A DNA stretch of 64,000 nucleotides from an uncultured Planctomycetia bacterium (GCA_964489445.1 CAZAYU010000001.1:210276-274275); one strand, 5' to 3'. Shown: positions 1 to 10,847, numbered from the stretch's first letter. Notes: generated by a model not told the origin, from the sequence alone. Made by a program: numbers and translations.

Positions 1-1060
1 ACGAACCAGCAGGAACACATGATACAAAATGCTCCTCGAGCAATTTTGCCGAAAAGTCAAAAGAACTTAGTCCTGTTGGACGAATATCACAAAACATATA
101 AAATGTACCTTGCGCCTTCAACGGAATTATTCTGGCACATTCTGATATTTTATTCCAAAACAAATCACGACGTTTTTGAAACTGGTCTTTTACCTCTAAT
201 TGCCACTGCTTATTATTGATTGCCTCCAATGCAGCATACTGAGATATTGAAGAAGCACAAGAAGTTGTATGGTCAAGTAACTTAGAGACTGCATCAATCA
301 CATTTAAAGGAGCTGTTAAGTACCCTACTCGCCAGCCAGTCATAGAAAATGTCTTTGAAACTCCGTTAACCGTAACAGTCTGCCTCTCTGCCCCGGGAAA
401 CGAAGCAAAGCTAACATGTTTTTTCCCGTCATAAACTAATGCTTCATATATTTCATCACTTAACACAATAATCTGTTTATCCTTAATAACATCATAAATT
501 GCTTTCAACTCTTCACTAGAATAATTAACACCTGTAGGATTGCAAGGGTAGTTTAGAATAAGTACCTTAGTTTTAGAAGTAACCGCCTCACTTAATAGTT
601 GCGGGGTCAATTTGAAGTTATTTTGGCTATTTAATCCAATAAATACCGGCCTTGCTGCAGTAAGCTTTACCATCTCCGGATAACTAACCCAATATGGTTC
701 TGGAATAATTACTTCATCTCCTGGGCCCAGTAAAGATAGCAACACAGAAAAAATAGCATACTTTGCTCCAGAAGTAACTAATACTTGCTCCGCAGAAACA
801 CTTATATGGTTCTCGTTAGAAAATTTTGCGGCAATTGCCGATCTTAACTCCGGCAATCCTAAGGAAGGAGTATACTTAGTGAAACCATTTTTTATCGCCT
901 TAAACGCTGCCTCTTTTATAAATTCCGGAGTATCAAAATCAGGCTCTCCGGCGGCAAAGTTAACTACGTCTTTCCCTTCTCGTATTAACTTTTTAGTTAA
1001 CGCAGTCACCTTTAGAGTGGCTGATCGTTTTAACGAATCAACAAGATGATTGACCATCAT
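1..1060 (-). CDS. aspC: Class I PLP-dependent aminotransferase (aspartate aminotransferase-like), 3' end cut by the window edge
   Basis: Not in the ORF track. Manual translation from ATG at 1060 gives MMVNHLVDSLKRSATLKVTALTKKLIREGKDVVNFAAGEPDFDTP, with later NYPCNPTG, SDEIYE and SKTFSMTGWRVG (PLP lysine) motifs. Confidence 0.85.
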   Translation of the reverse strand, partial: MMVNHLVDSLKRSATLKVTALTKKLIREGKDVVNFAAGEPDFDTPEFIKEAAFKAIKNGFTKYTPSLGLPELRSAIAAKFSNENHISVSAEQVLVTSGAKYAIFSVLLSLLGPGDEVIIPEPYWVSYPEMVKLTAARPVFIGLNSQNNFKLTPQLLSEAVTSKTKVLILNYPCNPTGVNYSSEELKAIYDVIKDKQIIVLSDEIYEALVYDGKKHVSFASFPGAERQTVTVNGVSKTFSMTGWRVGYLTAPLNVIDAVSKLLDHTTSCASSISQYAALEAINNKQWQLEVKDQFQKRRDLFWNKISECARIIPLKAQGTFYMFCDIRPTGLSSFDFSAKLLEEHFVSCVPAGS

Positions 1061-1120
1061 TCGAGTACTAATTTACACAATTATTGAATTAATTATCTGC
1101 TTCTTTTGCTAGGTTACCCT

Positions 1121-1612
1121 TTACTTCTTCTTTTTTGCAGGCAGCTTTTTTTTATTATCCGCAGATACTTTTTCTTTTTTATGCGCAGATACTTTTGCCT
1201 TCGCTTTCAAAGACTTTTTTTCTTTTCCGCTTGGTTTGGCAATCGCAATATCTTTGGCTGCTACAGTCAACTCCACTAAGGAAGTAGACGCTCCATCACC
1301 TTTACGTTGCCCCAAGCGTAAAGTTCTGGTGTATCCGCCTTGGATACCGGAAAATCGATGAGCAATATCATCAAATAGTTTGTTAACTAAAGTATGGCTT
1401 CCTAATGTACGATATGCAAGACGACGACGGGCTAACCCTCCCTTTTTACCCAAGGTAATTATTCTGTCTACCTTAGCTTTTATATACTTGGCTTTGGGTG
1501 TGGTCGTAACTATCCGTTCACTAATTAGCACTGCCCTGATTAACGCTTTAATCAGTGCTTTTCGTTGTGCCCGGGGACGTGAAAATTTTTCGCTTTTTTT
1601 TCTATGCCTCAT
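1121..1612 (-). CDS. rplQ: 50S ribosomal protein L17 with Lys-rich C-terminal tail
   Basis: MRHRK...ERIVTTTPKAK...GGYTR...RKGDGA; follows rpoA. Confidence 0.97.
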   Translation of the reverse strand: MRHRKKSEKFSRPRAQRKALIKALIRAVLISERIVTTTPKAKYIKAKVDRIITLGKKGGLARRRLAYRTLGSHTLVNKLFDDIAHRFSGIQGGYTRTLRLGQRKGDGASTSLVELTVAAKDIAIAKPSGKEKKSLKAKAKVSAHKKEKVSADNKKKLPAKKKK

Positions 1613-2598
1613 ATTCTATCTAGTTTCTCCTTATCTATTTTCATTCCAAAGCTAAGACCCATTGTTTTTAGCAACGCTGCAACTTCATCTAATGACTTTT
1701 TCCCAAAATTTCGATAAGCAAGTATTTCCGGCTCTGTTTGAACTACTAATTCCGCTAACGTTTTAATATTTGCTTCTCTTAAGCAATTATTACTGCGCAC
1801 GGTCAGCTCCAACTCTGAAACAGGAATCTTTAACTTTTCATAAAGAGAGGACTCCTCAGGTGTTAACTCTTCATATTCCTCTTCTGGTAATTCACCCAGT
1901 GTAAAAAACAATTCAAGATGTTTATTCATTGCTTTTGCGGCATAGATTAATGCTTCCTTAGGTTCAATACTAGCATTAGTAAAAATGTCTAGTATCAATT
2001 TATCGTAATCTGTTCGCTTTCCTACACGAGTATTCTCTACCTGGAAAGAAACTCGTTTCACAGGAGTAAAAATTGAATCTACGGCGATTACCCCTAAAGG
2101 CATATCTTCTCGTTTGTTAGCTTCAGCGGCAACAAACCCTCTACCCCTGCCCACTTCCATTTCAATATATAATTTTGCTTTTTTAGAAGTTAATGTTGCA
2201 ATATGTAAGTCGGGATTTACCACTTCAATTGTTTCATCAGTCACTACGTCTTTGGCTTTTATTTCTTTTTCGCCTTCGCCTTTGATATAAATTTTTTTTG
2301 GCGAACGTGAATACGCTCTTAGCACTAAATTCTTAATGTTTAGGATTATTTCTGGAACATCTTCCAGGACACCTTCAATGGTCGAAAACTCATGAGCTAC
2401 ACTTTCAATTTTTATTGAAGTGACCGCTGCCCCCTCTATTGAGGACAAAAGCACCCTCCTTAAAGCATTACCCAACGTTACGCCATAGCCTCTTTCTAAA
2501 GGCTCTGCAACAATTCGTCCATAATTAGGATTGTAAGATTCTTGTTCTACTATTACTCTTTTTGGAAATTGAAAATCTCTCCAGGTTATACCCATCAT
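1609..2598 (-). CDS. rpoA: RNA polymerase subunit alpha
   Basis: EPLERGYGVTLGNALRRVLLSS; alpha-CTD ELELTVRSNNCL...NFGKKSL. Confidence 0.99.
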   Translation of the reverse strand: MMGITWRDFQFPKRVIVEQESYNPNYGRIVAEPLERGYGVTLGNALRRVLLSSIEGAAVTSIKIESVAHEFSTIEGVLEDVPEIILNIKNLVLRAYSRSPKKIYIKGEGEKEIKAKDVVTDETIEVVNPDLHIATLTSKKAKLYIEMEVGRGRGFVAAEANKREDMPLGVIAVDSIFTPVKRVSFQVENTRVGKRTDYDKLILDIFTNASIEPKEALIYAAKAMNKHLELFFTLGELPEEEYEELTPEESSLYEKLKIPVSELELTVRSNNCLREANIKTLAELVVQTEPEILAYRNFGKKSLDEVAALLKTMGLSFGMKIDKEKLDRI

Positions 2599-2657
2599 TT
2601 ACCTCCTCATGAAACCTTAAATATTGTCAAAATAAAAACAATAAGTTAAAAAGTTAC

Positions 2658-3290
2658 TTATTTAGAATAAAGCTCAACGATTAGCTGTTCATCAACAGCA
2701 ATAGACAAGTCGTCTTTTTCCGGCAAACGCACAATATCTATCTGAAAGAGTGAATTATCTACTTTTATCCAAGATGGAACACTACGCTCTTTAGCGCAAG
2801 CTTCCATGCTCTCTCTTAAATTTTGTAATAAACCATCTTTCCCTTTTATTGTAATCGATTGCCCCTCATCTACAATAAAAGAAGGAATATCCACCCTACG
2901 GTTATTAACATATACAAAGCCATGACGCACTACTTGCCTTGCTTGGTTGCGAGAAAATGCAAATAAGGAACGATACACTACGTTATCCAAGCGCCGCTCT
3001 AAACGTTGAATCAACACCTTACCTGTTGCTTCTCGAGACTTACTAGCAATAGAAAAAAAACGTTTAAACTGTTTCTCTAACATTCCATACATTCTCTTAA
3101 CTTTTTGTTTCTCCTGTAACTGCAATGCGTAGTAAGTAGGCTTTGATTTTCTTCTGGCTGGTTTTGCTCCTGGAGGAGTAGGCCGTTTAGAAAAGGAACA
3201 TTTTTCAGTAATACATCTTACCCCTTTTATAGAAAGCTTCATGCCCGCTCTTCGACATAACCTGCATTTTGCTCCTGTATATCTTCCCAT
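2658..3290 (-). CDS. rpsD: 30S ribosomal protein S4 (zinc-binding form)
   Basis: MGRYTGAKCRLCRR, LERRLDNVVYR, IVELYSK. Confidence 0.98.
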   Translation of the reverse strand: MGRYTGAKCRLCRRAGMKLSIKGVRCITEKCSFSKRPTPPGAKPARRKSKPTYYALQLQEKQKVKRMYGMLEKQFKRFFSIASKSREATGKVLIQRLERRLDNVVYRSLFAFSRNQARQVVRHGFVYVNNRRVDIPSFIVDEGQSITIKGKDGLLQNLRESMEACAKERSVPSWIKVDNSLFQIDIVRLPEKDDLSIAVDEQLIVELYSK

Positions 3291-3401
3291 CTTTATCCTC
3301 TCTTTTGTTTTTCTATGTTTTTGTATATACTTTTACACATCAGCAACCAGCTCTCAACTGTATCCAATTTTATTGGATTACTATTAGCTACTAAACACAA
3401 A

Positions 3402-3794
3402 TCACACTCTTCTTTTCTTTTTTGGCCGACAGCCATTATGAGGAGAAGGTGTAATATCTTTTATTTTCTTAACGCTTAAGCCTGCAGCCTGCAAAGATCT
3501 AATGGCCGCTTCTCGCCCCGGACCCGGCCCCTTAACTAAAACTTCTAATTCCTTGAGACCAATATCCCTAACCCGTTTTGCCACATTAAACGACGCCATT
3601 TGCGCTGCATAAGGAGTAGATTTTTTAGCTCCTTTGAAACCAACCCCTCCAGCAGAAGCCCAAGACAACACGTTCCCGTTTAAATCAGTAATTGATATTA
3701 TTGTATTATTAAATGTTGCTTTTATATGTGCAACACCGACATTCGATGTTAACTGTATCTTTTTTTTCTTCTCTTTTCTTTTCTTTTTAGCCAT
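3402..3794 (-). CDS. rpsK: 30S ribosomal protein S11
   Basis: [24 protein letters not shown]. Confidence 0.98.
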   Translation of the reverse strand: MAKKKRKEKKKKIQLTSNVGVAHIKATFNNTIISITDLNGNVLSWASAGGVGFKGAKKSTPYAAQMASFNVAKRVRDIGLKELEVLVKGPGPGREAAIRSLQAAGLSVKKIKDITPSPHNGCRPKKKRRV

Positions 3795-3867
3795 TATTAA
3801 TGCTCCTTATAGGTATATATCTTTTAAACCAAATACTAACATAATACTCAATATAATATTTAAGTAT

Positions 3868-4236
3868 CTACCGTTTAATACCGCCAACTCTCGGTTTAGG
3901 ACCTTTACGTGTTCGCGCGTTACAACGTGTACGTTGCCCTCTTACCGGAAGCCCTTTTTTATGACGAAAACCACGATAGGAACTAATTTCAATTAACCTC
4001 CTGATATTTTGGGAAACCTCTCTTCTTAGTTCTCCTTCAATGCGATAGGTTGACTGAATGTGCGAAGCAATTTTGGATACCTCTTCTTCATTCAACTCTC
4101 CGGCTTTCCTTTCTGGATCAATCCCCACATCGCTGAGAACCTTAAGCGCAATTTTTGGACCAACTCCATATATATATCTTAATGATATTCTAATCTTTTT
4201 CTTTTTCGGTATATCTACACCAAAGATCCTAGGCAT
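3868..4236 (-). CDS. rpsM: 30S ribosomal protein S13
   Basis: RIFGVDIP, YIYGVG, GLPVRGQRT..NARTRKG. Confidence 0.98.
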   Translation of the reverse strand: MPRIFGVDIPKKKKIRISLRYIYGVGPKIALKVLSDVGIDPERKAGELNEEEVSKIASHIQSTYRIEGELRREVSQNIRRLIEISSYRGFRHKKGLPVRGQRTRCNARTRKGPKPRVGGIKR

Positions 4237-4292
4237 TTTCCTCTCCTCTAATTATTTTTACCTTTAAAACAAACTTCCTATTTTATACTTTT

Positions 4293-4406
4293 CTACCCTT
4301 GTCTCTGTTTATGTTTAGGGTTTTTACAAATAACACGCACCACACGCTTTCGTTTTATTATCTTACATTTATCACAAATTTTTTTAACTGATGCTTTGAC
4401 TTTCAT
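4293..4406 (-). CDS. rpmJ: 50S ribosomal protein L36
   Basis: Below ORF-track cutoff. Manual translation [37 protein letters not shown], between infA and rpsM. Confidence 0.97.
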   Translation of the reverse strand: MKVKASVKKICDKCKIIKRKRVVRVICKNPKHKQRQG

Positions 4407-4475
4407 TTTTACCTATTTTCTTACTCGCGCTCATTAATCACTATTCTATTATCCCTAATAAAACATTCCTTAAGA

Positions 4476-4694
4476 TTACTTCTGCCTATAAGTTATCCTT
4501 CCTCTTGACAAATCATAAGGCGAAAGCTCTAGTTTCACTTTATCTCCCGGTAGAATTCTGATAAAATGCATCCGCATTTTTCCCGAAACATGGGCTAAAA
4601 CAACATGCCCATTTTCTAATTTTACTCTAAACCTCGCATTGGGTAGAGCTTCTGTTATCTCACCTTCAACAGCAATCAATTCTTCTTTAGCCAT
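4476..4694 (-). CDS. infA: Translation initiation factor IF-1
   Basis: [42 protein letters not shown]. Confidence 0.98.
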   Translation of the reverse strand: MAKEELIAVEGEITEALPNARFRVKLENGHVVLAHVSGKMRMHFIRILPGDKVKLELSPYDLSRGRITYRQK

Positions 4695-4721
4695 TTTTTT
4701 CTATTTTCCCCATATTTACCA

Positions 4722-5477
4722 TCACGCAACTTCTGTTAGCACTACTGGTCCATTATCGGTTATCGCTACTGTATGTTCAAAATGAGCCGCTTTTGTATTG
4801 TCTCTAGTTTTAACTGTCCATCCATCTTCTAGAATATCTACTTCACTACCGCCTGCCGAAACCATCGGTTCAATTGCAATCGCATAGCCACTTTCTAATT
4901 CCATTCCTCCGCCCCGAATACCAAAATTAGGTATTTCTGGCGGCAGATGTAATTGTCGACCTACTCCATGCCCAACAAACTTACGAATAATCGAAAACCC
5001 GTTCTGCTCAGCAACTTGCTGAACAGTAAAGCCTATATCTCCCACCTTTGCCCCTGGTTTAACTTGGCATATTCCCTTGTTAAGCGAATCAAGAGTAACC
5101 TCTACTAACTTTTTGGCACCCTGAGAAGGCTCTCCGACAATATAAGTATAGGCAGTATCCACAAATAGCCCTTTATATTTAATTCCTAAATCAACACTCA
5201 CAACATCTCCATCTTTAATTACTCTTTGAGCGGGAATACCATGTATTACTTCTTCGTTAACTGATACGCAACAAGATGCCGGATAGCCAGAAAACCCTTT
5301 AAACGCTGCATCCATTCCCGGATATCGTTCTAAACTTTCCTGAAAAAACAACTCAATATCTTTGGTAAAAATTCCTGGCTTAAGCAATGCTTTTATTTTC
5401 TGCAAAACTTCAGCCGCAACCTTACCAGCTTCGCGCATTATTTTTATCTCGTTGACCCCTAACGGTTCTGGAGGCAT
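4722..5477 (-). CDS. map: Type I methionine aminopeptidase
   Basis: CVSVNEEVIHGIP, GHGVG, AIEPM, AHFEHTV; position after adk. Confidence 0.96.
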   Translation of the reverse strand: MPPEPLGVNEIKIMREAGKVAAEVLQKIKALLKPGIFTKDIELFFQESLERYPGMDAAFKGFSGYPASCCVSVNEEVIHGIPAQRVIKDGDVVSVDLGIKYKGLFVDTAYTYIVGEPSQGAKKLVEVTLDSLNKGICQVKPGAKVGDIGFTVQQVAEQNGFSIIRKFVGHGVGRQLHLPPEIPNFGIRGGGMELESGYAIAIEPMVSAGGSEVDILEDGWTVKTRDNTKAAHFEHTVAITDNGPVVLTEVA

Positions 5478-6100
5478 ATTTTCTCCTTTACTATAGCCAG
5501 CACTTCACTTGCATCGCCCTCAGCATTAACCTCTACTAAATTATTTTTACCACGATAAAAATCTAATACCTGCTTACTTTCTGCAGAAAAAACATCCCAG
5601 CGCTTTTTGATTACTTCTGTGTGGTCATCTTTTCTTTGTGTTAGTTGTCCACCACAAGAATCACACAATCCTTCTTTTTTAGATGGCATATTTGTTAAAT
5701 GATAATTAACTCCACAATCAGAACAAACTCGTCTTTGCGAAAGACGGTCAATTACCATTTGTGAACCTACAACAAAATGGATACACATATCTAATTCTTT
5801 TTGCTGCTTCTTTAAAATATCATCCAGTTTTTCCGCCTGTTGTAAATTTCGAGGATACCCATCTAATAAAAATCCGGAACTATTTAAATTTTGTTCAATA
5901 ATTCTTGCCACTAACTCATCAGGAGCAAGAGCCCCTTTGTCCATATAATTTTTTACCTCTTTACCTAGTAATGTTTCTGCTTTAACTTCCTTCCTCAAAA
6001 GATCACCTAATGAAATTTTTTTCACAGAAAGAAATTCGCTAATTTTATCAGCCTGAGTCCCTTTTCCTGACCCGGGTGCACCAAACAATACTACATTCAT
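5459..6100 (-). CDS. adk: Adenylate kinase (zinc LID)
   Basis: GAPGSGKGT, LDGYPR, CSDC...CDSC, QRKDD. Confidence 0.97.
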   Translation of the reverse strand: MNVVLFGAPGSGKGTQADKISEFLSVKKISLGDLLRKEVKAETLLGKEVKNYMDKGALAPDELVARIIEQNLNSSGFLLDGYPRNLQQAEKLDDILKKQQKELDMCIHFVVGSQMVIDRLSQRRVCSDCGVNYHLTNMPSKKEGLCDSCGGQLTQRKDDHTEVIKKRWDVFSAESKQVLDFYRGKNNLVEVNAEGDASEVLAIVKEKICLQNR

Positions 6101-6101
6101 T

Positions 6102-7457
6102 TTATTTTCTCCCCTTCAAACTTCCGCCTTTTATGAACCCATCATAATGACGGATTAGTAACTGTCCTTCAATCTGCTTCATGGTGTCTAGAATCACCCC
6201 CACCATGATTAATAGTGTAGTCCCTCCAAACAAAGAAGCAAGAGCATACGAAGGAACTTTAAAAGCGTACATGACAAAATTTGGAAAAGTAGCTATCACA
6301 CTAATATACAAAGCTCCAATAAACACAATTCTTGTAGCAACAAAATCAAGATAATTAGCAGTAGGTTTCCCTGGACGGATTCCAGGAACAAAGCCACCAT
6401 ATTTTTTTAAGTTATTAGATATCTCTATTGGATTAAATACCATGGCTGTATAGAAATACATGAAAAACATTATCAAGCAAACAAAAACTAAATTATACCA
6501 TAGCCCTCGCTGCTGGATAACGCTCTGTAAAAAACTAACAAATCTTATACTACGAGGTAAGAACATGGCTATCGTTGCCGGAAAAGAAATAACACTACTA
6601 GCAAAAATTATTGCAATTACTCCGGACATATCTACTTTTATAGGTAAATACGTACTCTGCCCTCCGTATACTTTTCGGCCGACAACCCTCCTTCCATACT
6701 GAATGGGAATTCTTCTCTGAGCCTGAGTAAAAAATACTACTGCCGCAATCATCAACAGCAGTAAAATAATTAAAGTTAATACTACTGGTGTAGCAATTTG
6801 CCGTTGAGAAGCATCAAAAGGAGAATATAGCACCCATAGCTGTCTCACTGAAGAAGGAATACGAGAAATTATGCTGGCTGTAATTATTATCGATATTCCA
6901 TTACCTATGCCGCGCTCCTGTATCTGCTCCCCCAACCACATAATAAAAACCGTTCCGCAAGTTAAAGTTAATACTGTTATAAATTTAAACAGCAACCCAG
7001 GATTAGGAACAATGACAATGCCTTGAAAATTATTGGGGTTTTCCAGCCAAATTGCTAAAAATAATCCTTGGATAATACATAAAACAAATGTGAAGTAACG
7101 TGTGTACTGGTTGATTTTCTCGTATCCAGCTTTTCCTTCTTTCGCAATACGTTCTAAAGTCGGAACAACAGCAGTAAGCAACTGCATAATAATCGAGGCA
7201 GAAATATAAGGCATAATCCCTAAAGCAAAGATACTCATCCTTGTCAAAGCACCTCCGGTAAACATATTTATCATCCCCAATATAGTTTGCCCTTGAGCCT
7301 TAGATATCTTATCGAAAAATTGAGTCAAAGCAAAGGTATCCACTCCAGCAGTAGGAATAAAGCATCCAGAACGATATACCACTAATAAAGACAAAGTGAT
7401 AATTATTTTTTTCCGTAACTCCTCAACTTTGAATATATTTACTATCGATTCAAACAT
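6102..7457 (-). CDS. secY: Preprotein translocase SecY
   Basis: SIFALGIMPYISASII, WLGEQI..RGIGNGIS, PGIRPG; multiple TM helices. Confidence 0.98.
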   Translation of the reverse strand: MFESIVNIFKVEELRKKIIITLSLLVVYRSGCFIPTAGVDTFALTQFFDKISKAQGQTILGMINMFTGGALTRMSIFALGIMPYISASIIMQLLTAVVPTLERIAKEGKAGYEKINQYTRYFTFVLCIIQGLFLAIWLENPNNFQGIVIVPNPGLLFKFITVLTLTCGTVFIMWLGEQIQERGIGNGISIIITASIISRIPSSVRQLWVLYSPFDASQRQIATPVVLTLIILLLLMIAAVVFFTQAQRRIPIQYGRRVVGRKVYGGQSTYLPIKVDMSGVIAIIFASSVISFPATIAMFLPRSIRFVSFLQSVIQQRGLWYNLVFVCLIMFFMYFYTAMVFNPIEISNNLKKYGGFVPGIRPGKPTANYLDFVATRIVFIGALYISVIATFPNFVMYAFKVPSYALASLFGGTTLLIMVGVILDTMKQIEGQLLIRHYDGFIKGGSLKGRK

Positions 7458-7891
7458 TCTGCAAGGCCTCCGGCAGATTCAATTGATTCTTTCGCTTTCT
7501 TAGAAAACTTATCCGCTTTAATCGTTAGCTTTTCCGTAAACGCGGTTTTTGCCGCAAGAATTTTAATTAGTTTATGCGGATTCTTTATTAAATTACTTTT
7601 CGTTAGAATTTCAGGAGTAATATCCTTGATTCCCTGTATCCTTTCCTGGATATCGCTTAAACTAACTATCTGGTAATCCTTTGTGCAAGGAGAAGTAAAC
7701 CCTCTCTTGGGGATAACTCTTGCGTAAGGCAACGCTCCTCCCCTAAATCCTGCATAGGGAAGTGCCTTCCCTTTTCTCTGGCCAGCACCTTTATGCCCTC
7801 TGCCTGATGTTTTGCCTTTTCCGCTTCCAGACCCTCTTCCTAAACGTTTTGCTTTCCGCACACTTTTAATGCTAATATCTGATAAATTCAT
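7442..7891 (-). CDS. rplO: 50S ribosomal protein L15
   Basis: RLGRGSGSGKGKTSGRGHKG, IPKRGF, FSKKAKESIESAGG. Confidence 0.97.
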   Translation of the reverse strand: MNLSDISIKSVRKAKRLGRGSGSGKGKTSGRGHKGAGQRKGKALPYAGFRGGALPYARVIPKRGFTSPCTKDYQIVSLSDIQERIQGIKDITPEILTKSNLIKNPHKLIKILAAKTAFTEKLTIKADKFSKKAKESIESAGGLAECLNR

Positions 7892-7892
7892 A

Positions 7893-8360
7893 TTATCCTT
7901 TTAAACTTTTTAAACCTTCAAACGTAGCTTTAACCACATTAATCGGATTAGTAGAGTTACCTATATTTTTTGTTAGGATATCCTTAATTCCTGCACACTC
8001 ACAAATAGCCCTTACTGGCGAAGAAGCAATTACTCCCGTACCTCGAGAAGCTGGCTTCAGCAAAATATCCACAGCACCAAACTTACCAATCACTCTATGA
8101 GGTATTGTAGCCCCTTTCTTTTTTATCAGCAATAATTGCTTTTTTGCCTGACTTATGCCCTTTCTTATCGCATCAGCGACTTCATTTGCCTTGCCCAAAG
8201 AAAAACCGGCACTCGAGCTACCATCACCAACAACTACCAATGCTGAAAAACACAAATTTTTCCCGCCTTTAGTAACTTTTGTGGTCCTGTTGATCGATAA
8301 AACCTTTTCTAAAAAGGCCTGTTCTTTACCCCCGTCAGACTTCTTTTTATTTTCATTCAA
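7893..8360 (-). CDS. rpsE: 30S ribosomal protein S5
   Basis: [31 protein letters not shown]; TTG start overlaps the rplR stop. Confidence 0.96.
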   Translation of the reverse strand: MNENKKKSDGGKEQAFLEKVLSINRTTKVTKGGKNLCFSALVVVGDGSSSAGFSLGKANEVADAIRKGISQAKKQLLLIKKKGATIPHRVIGKFGAVDILLKPASRGTGVIASSPVRAICECAGIKDILTKNIGNSTNPINVVKATFEGLKSLKG

Positions 8361-8710
8361 AATTTTATTCCTCCTTCTCTAAGCCCTTCGGCTAAACTTC
8401 TTATTCTTCCGTGGTATTTATATCCGCCACGGTCAAAGGAAACGCTTTTAATGCCTAGTTTCAACAAGTTATCTGCTGCAATCTTACCCATTTCCTTCGC
8501 CCCTTGTTTGTCGGTAGGCCTAATTTTTTTTATTTTAAATTGTTCTCCCTGGGTTGAGCAACCAAACAAAGTTTGAGATTCCTGATCATTAATTGCTTGA
8601 AGTGAAATATGCTTTTTGCTTCTAAACACAACCAAACGGGGAGATATCGCATTCCCTTTGATTTTCTTAGTGATCCTTCTATGTCTTCTGTATCTATTTT
8701 CTTTTTTCAT
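8357..8710 (-). CDS. rplR: 50S ribosomal protein L18
   Basis: [24 protein letters not shown]. Confidence 0.97.
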   Translation of the reverse strand: MKKENRYRRHRRITKKIKGNAISPRLVVFRSKKHISLQAINDQESQTLFGCSTQGEQFKIKKIRPTDKQGAKEMGKIAADNLLKLGIKSVSFDRGGYKYHGRIRSLAEGLREGGIKF

Positions 8711-9246
8711 TTCGCTAACGCCTTTCCTAATTTCCTTCGAACTTCTTCACCTAAATATCTAATTCCTTTCCCTTTATACGGCTCAGGAGGATAATTTCTC
8801 CTTACCTTGGCGGCAAATTCGCCAACTTCCTGTTTGTTAATTCCTTCAACGACAATACGTGTGGGGCTAGGCACAGTGACTTTAAGGCTTTCTGGGATAT
8901 GCATCTCTACTGGGTGGGAAAACCCAATATTCAACACAAGATCTTTTCCTTTTAACTGTGCTTTATATCCAACACCTATCAGCTCTAATTCTTTCTTGAA
9001 ACCATCAGTCACCCCATCAATCATATTACTGATCAACACCCGAATTGTTCCGTGAAGACTCCGAAATTGCTTCGTATCATCATCACGAGAAACACTAAGG
9101 ACATTTTCTTCTAGTTTAACGCTTATCCCTTTAGGAATCTCTAGCCTTAGCATTCCCTTCTTGCCTACACAAACTATTAAACCTGGTTCAATAGTTATTT
9201 TAACCTCTTTCGGTATCGCTATTGGTTGTTTTCCGATTCTTGACAT
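8707..9246 (-). CDS. rplF: 50S ribosomal protein L6
   Basis: MSRIGKQPI, GVGYKA, PEPYKGKGIRY. Confidence 0.98.
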   Translation of the reverse strand: MSRIGKQPIAIPKEVKITIEPGLIVCVGKKGMLRLEIPKGISVKLEENVLSVSRDDDTKQFRSLHGTIRVLISNMIDGVTDGFKKELELIGVGYKAQLKGKDLVLNIGFSHPVEMHIPESLKVTVPSPTRIVVEGINKQEVGEFAAKVRRNYPPEPYKGKGIRYLGEEVRRKLGKALAK

Positions 9247-9262
9247 TTAAATTATTCCTTAT

Positions 9263-9658
9263 TTACCAAACCATCCCAATAATTTCCCCACCAATTCCTT
9301 TATCTTTTGCTTGTTGACCAGTCAGCAATCCTACTGATGTAGAAACAATGGTGACTCCGTATCCACCTAAGGCCACAGGAATTTCGTTTATTTTTCGATA
9401 AACTCTTCTTCCTGGTCGAGAAACTCTTTTAATTTGGGTAATTAAGCTTTTTTTCTTATCGTACTTTAAATACACTTTGATAGCTTTAAATTTGCCCAAA
9501 TCAACTTCTTTAAAGTTTTCAATATACCCTTCTGCTTTTAAAATTGAAACAATCTCCACAATTGACCCAGAAAAAGGTAACACTGCGTCCTCTTTTCTAG
9601 TGCTAGCCGCATTACGAATAATTGTGAACGCATCGCCGATTATATCTGTTCTACTCAT
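9263..9658 (-). CDS. rpsH: 30S ribosomal protein S8
   Basis: DIIGDAFTIIRNA, LKAEGYI, RVSRPGRRVY. Confidence 0.97.
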   Translation of the reverse strand: MSRTDIIGDAFTIIRNAASTRKEDAVLPFSGSIVEIVSILKAEGYIENFKEVDLGKFKAIKVYLKYDKKKSLITQIKRVSRPGRRVYRKINEIPVALGGYGVTIVSTSVGLLTGQQAKDKGIGGEIIGMVW

Positions 9659-9715
9659 CTTCGTCTCCTTATACCCAATTTAAGATGGGTATTTTTCTAT
9701 CCTTATTTTGGCTAT

Positions 9716-9910
9716 TCACCAACTAGCTTTTTTTACTCCGGGTAATAATCCTTGCCAAGCTAATTCCCGAAAACAAATTCTACACAGCTCAAAATCACGC
9801 ATATATCCTCTGGGTCTTCCACAAAGGCGGCAACGGTTTTTATAGCGAGTAGAAAACTTTACTTTATTTTTTTCTTTCTTCCATTTTTCAATTTTTGCAG
9901 TAGTTGCCAT
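9716..9910 (-). CDS. rpsN: 30S ribosomal protein S14, type Z (zinc-binding)
   Basis: RCRLCGRPR...LCRICFRE...PGVKKASW. Confidence 0.97.
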   Translation of the reverse strand: MATTAKIEKWKKEKNKVKFSTRYKNRCRLCGRPRGYMRDFELCRICFRELAWQGLLPGVKKASW

Positions 9911-9919
9911 GAAATAATC

Positions 9920-10480
9920 TTACCTCCTAAAAGGGAATCCAAATAATCTAAATAACTCCCTCGCTTCATCATCTGTCTTAGCACTAGTATGAATGCTAAT
10001 GTTCATCCCCTGCGCCCGACTAATCTTGTCAATGTTAAGTTCCGGGAATATGCTTTGCTCCGGCAAACCAAAAGTATAGTTTCCTTTCCCATCAAAGGAA
10101 TTCTCCGAAAAACCGCGAAAATCACGAATTCGGGGAAAAGATACAGTAATCAATCGGTCTAAAAATTCATACATTATATTTTTCCTTAAAGTCACACAAC
10201 AACCAATTGCCAATCCTTTGCGCAACTTAAAATTAGAAATTGGTTTCCGAGCTCTACACACTTTCGGCTTTTGCCCGGTAATCAATCCTAGCTCTTGTGC
10301 AGCTTTTTCGGCAATTTTAGCATCAGATGTAGCTTCTCCTATCCCCATGTTAACTACTATTTTTACTATCCGAGGAACAGCCAAGTCATGCTTGTATCCT
10401 ATTTTATTTTTTAATGCAGAAGCTATTGTCTCACGATATAATTTTAAGAATCTTGGTGTATATTTTTCTTTTTGTTCCAT
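9920..10480 (-). CDS. rplE: 50S ribosomal protein L5
   Basis: KIVVNMGIGEA, ITGQKP, PRIRDFRG, FDGKGNY. Confidence 0.98.
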   Translation of the reverse strand: MEQKEKYTPRFLKLYRETIASALKNKIGYKHDLAVPRIVKIVVNMGIGEATSDAKIAEKAAQELGLITGQKPKVCRARKPISNFKLRKGLAIGCCVTLRKNIMYEFLDRLITVSFPRIRDFRGFSENSFDGKGNYTFGLPEQSIFPELNIDKISRAQGMNISIHTSAKTDDEARELFRLFGFPFRR

Positions 10481-10516
10481 AATATTTGATTTTTGCTCTA
10501 ATTTTTTAGACTAAGA

Positions 10517-10831
10517 TTAAACCGGTCTATTACATTTTTTACAAACTCTGACTTTACTTTTGTCATCGGAGATTTTTGTCCCAAATCTTACTCCTTTATT
10601 GCAATTAGCACAAAATAATGCCACGTTAGAAATACTAATTGAGGAAGGGATTTCTTTTATCCCTCCAGCTTCACTTTCTGAGCGACGCCGAATATGTTTT
10701 TTGACTAGGCTAACTCCTTCCACAAAAATACGGTCTTTGGAAACATTATTCTTTAAAACCTTCCCTGTCCTTCCCTTATTTTTTCCGGCAAGCACGATTA
10801 CTTTATCACCTTTTTTAATTCGTAAACTCAT
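10517..10831 (-). CDS. rplX: 50S ribosomal protein L24
   Basis: KOW motif IKKGDKVIVLAGKNKG; C-terminal CANC/CKKC. Confidence 0.97.
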   Translation of the reverse strand: MSLRIKKGDKVIVLAGKNKGRTGKVLKNNVSKDRIFVEGVSLVKKHIRRRSESEAGGIKEIPSSISISNVALFCANCNKGVRFGTKISDDKSKVRVCKKCNRPV

Positions 10832-10847
10832 TTTAAAACCTTCTTTT

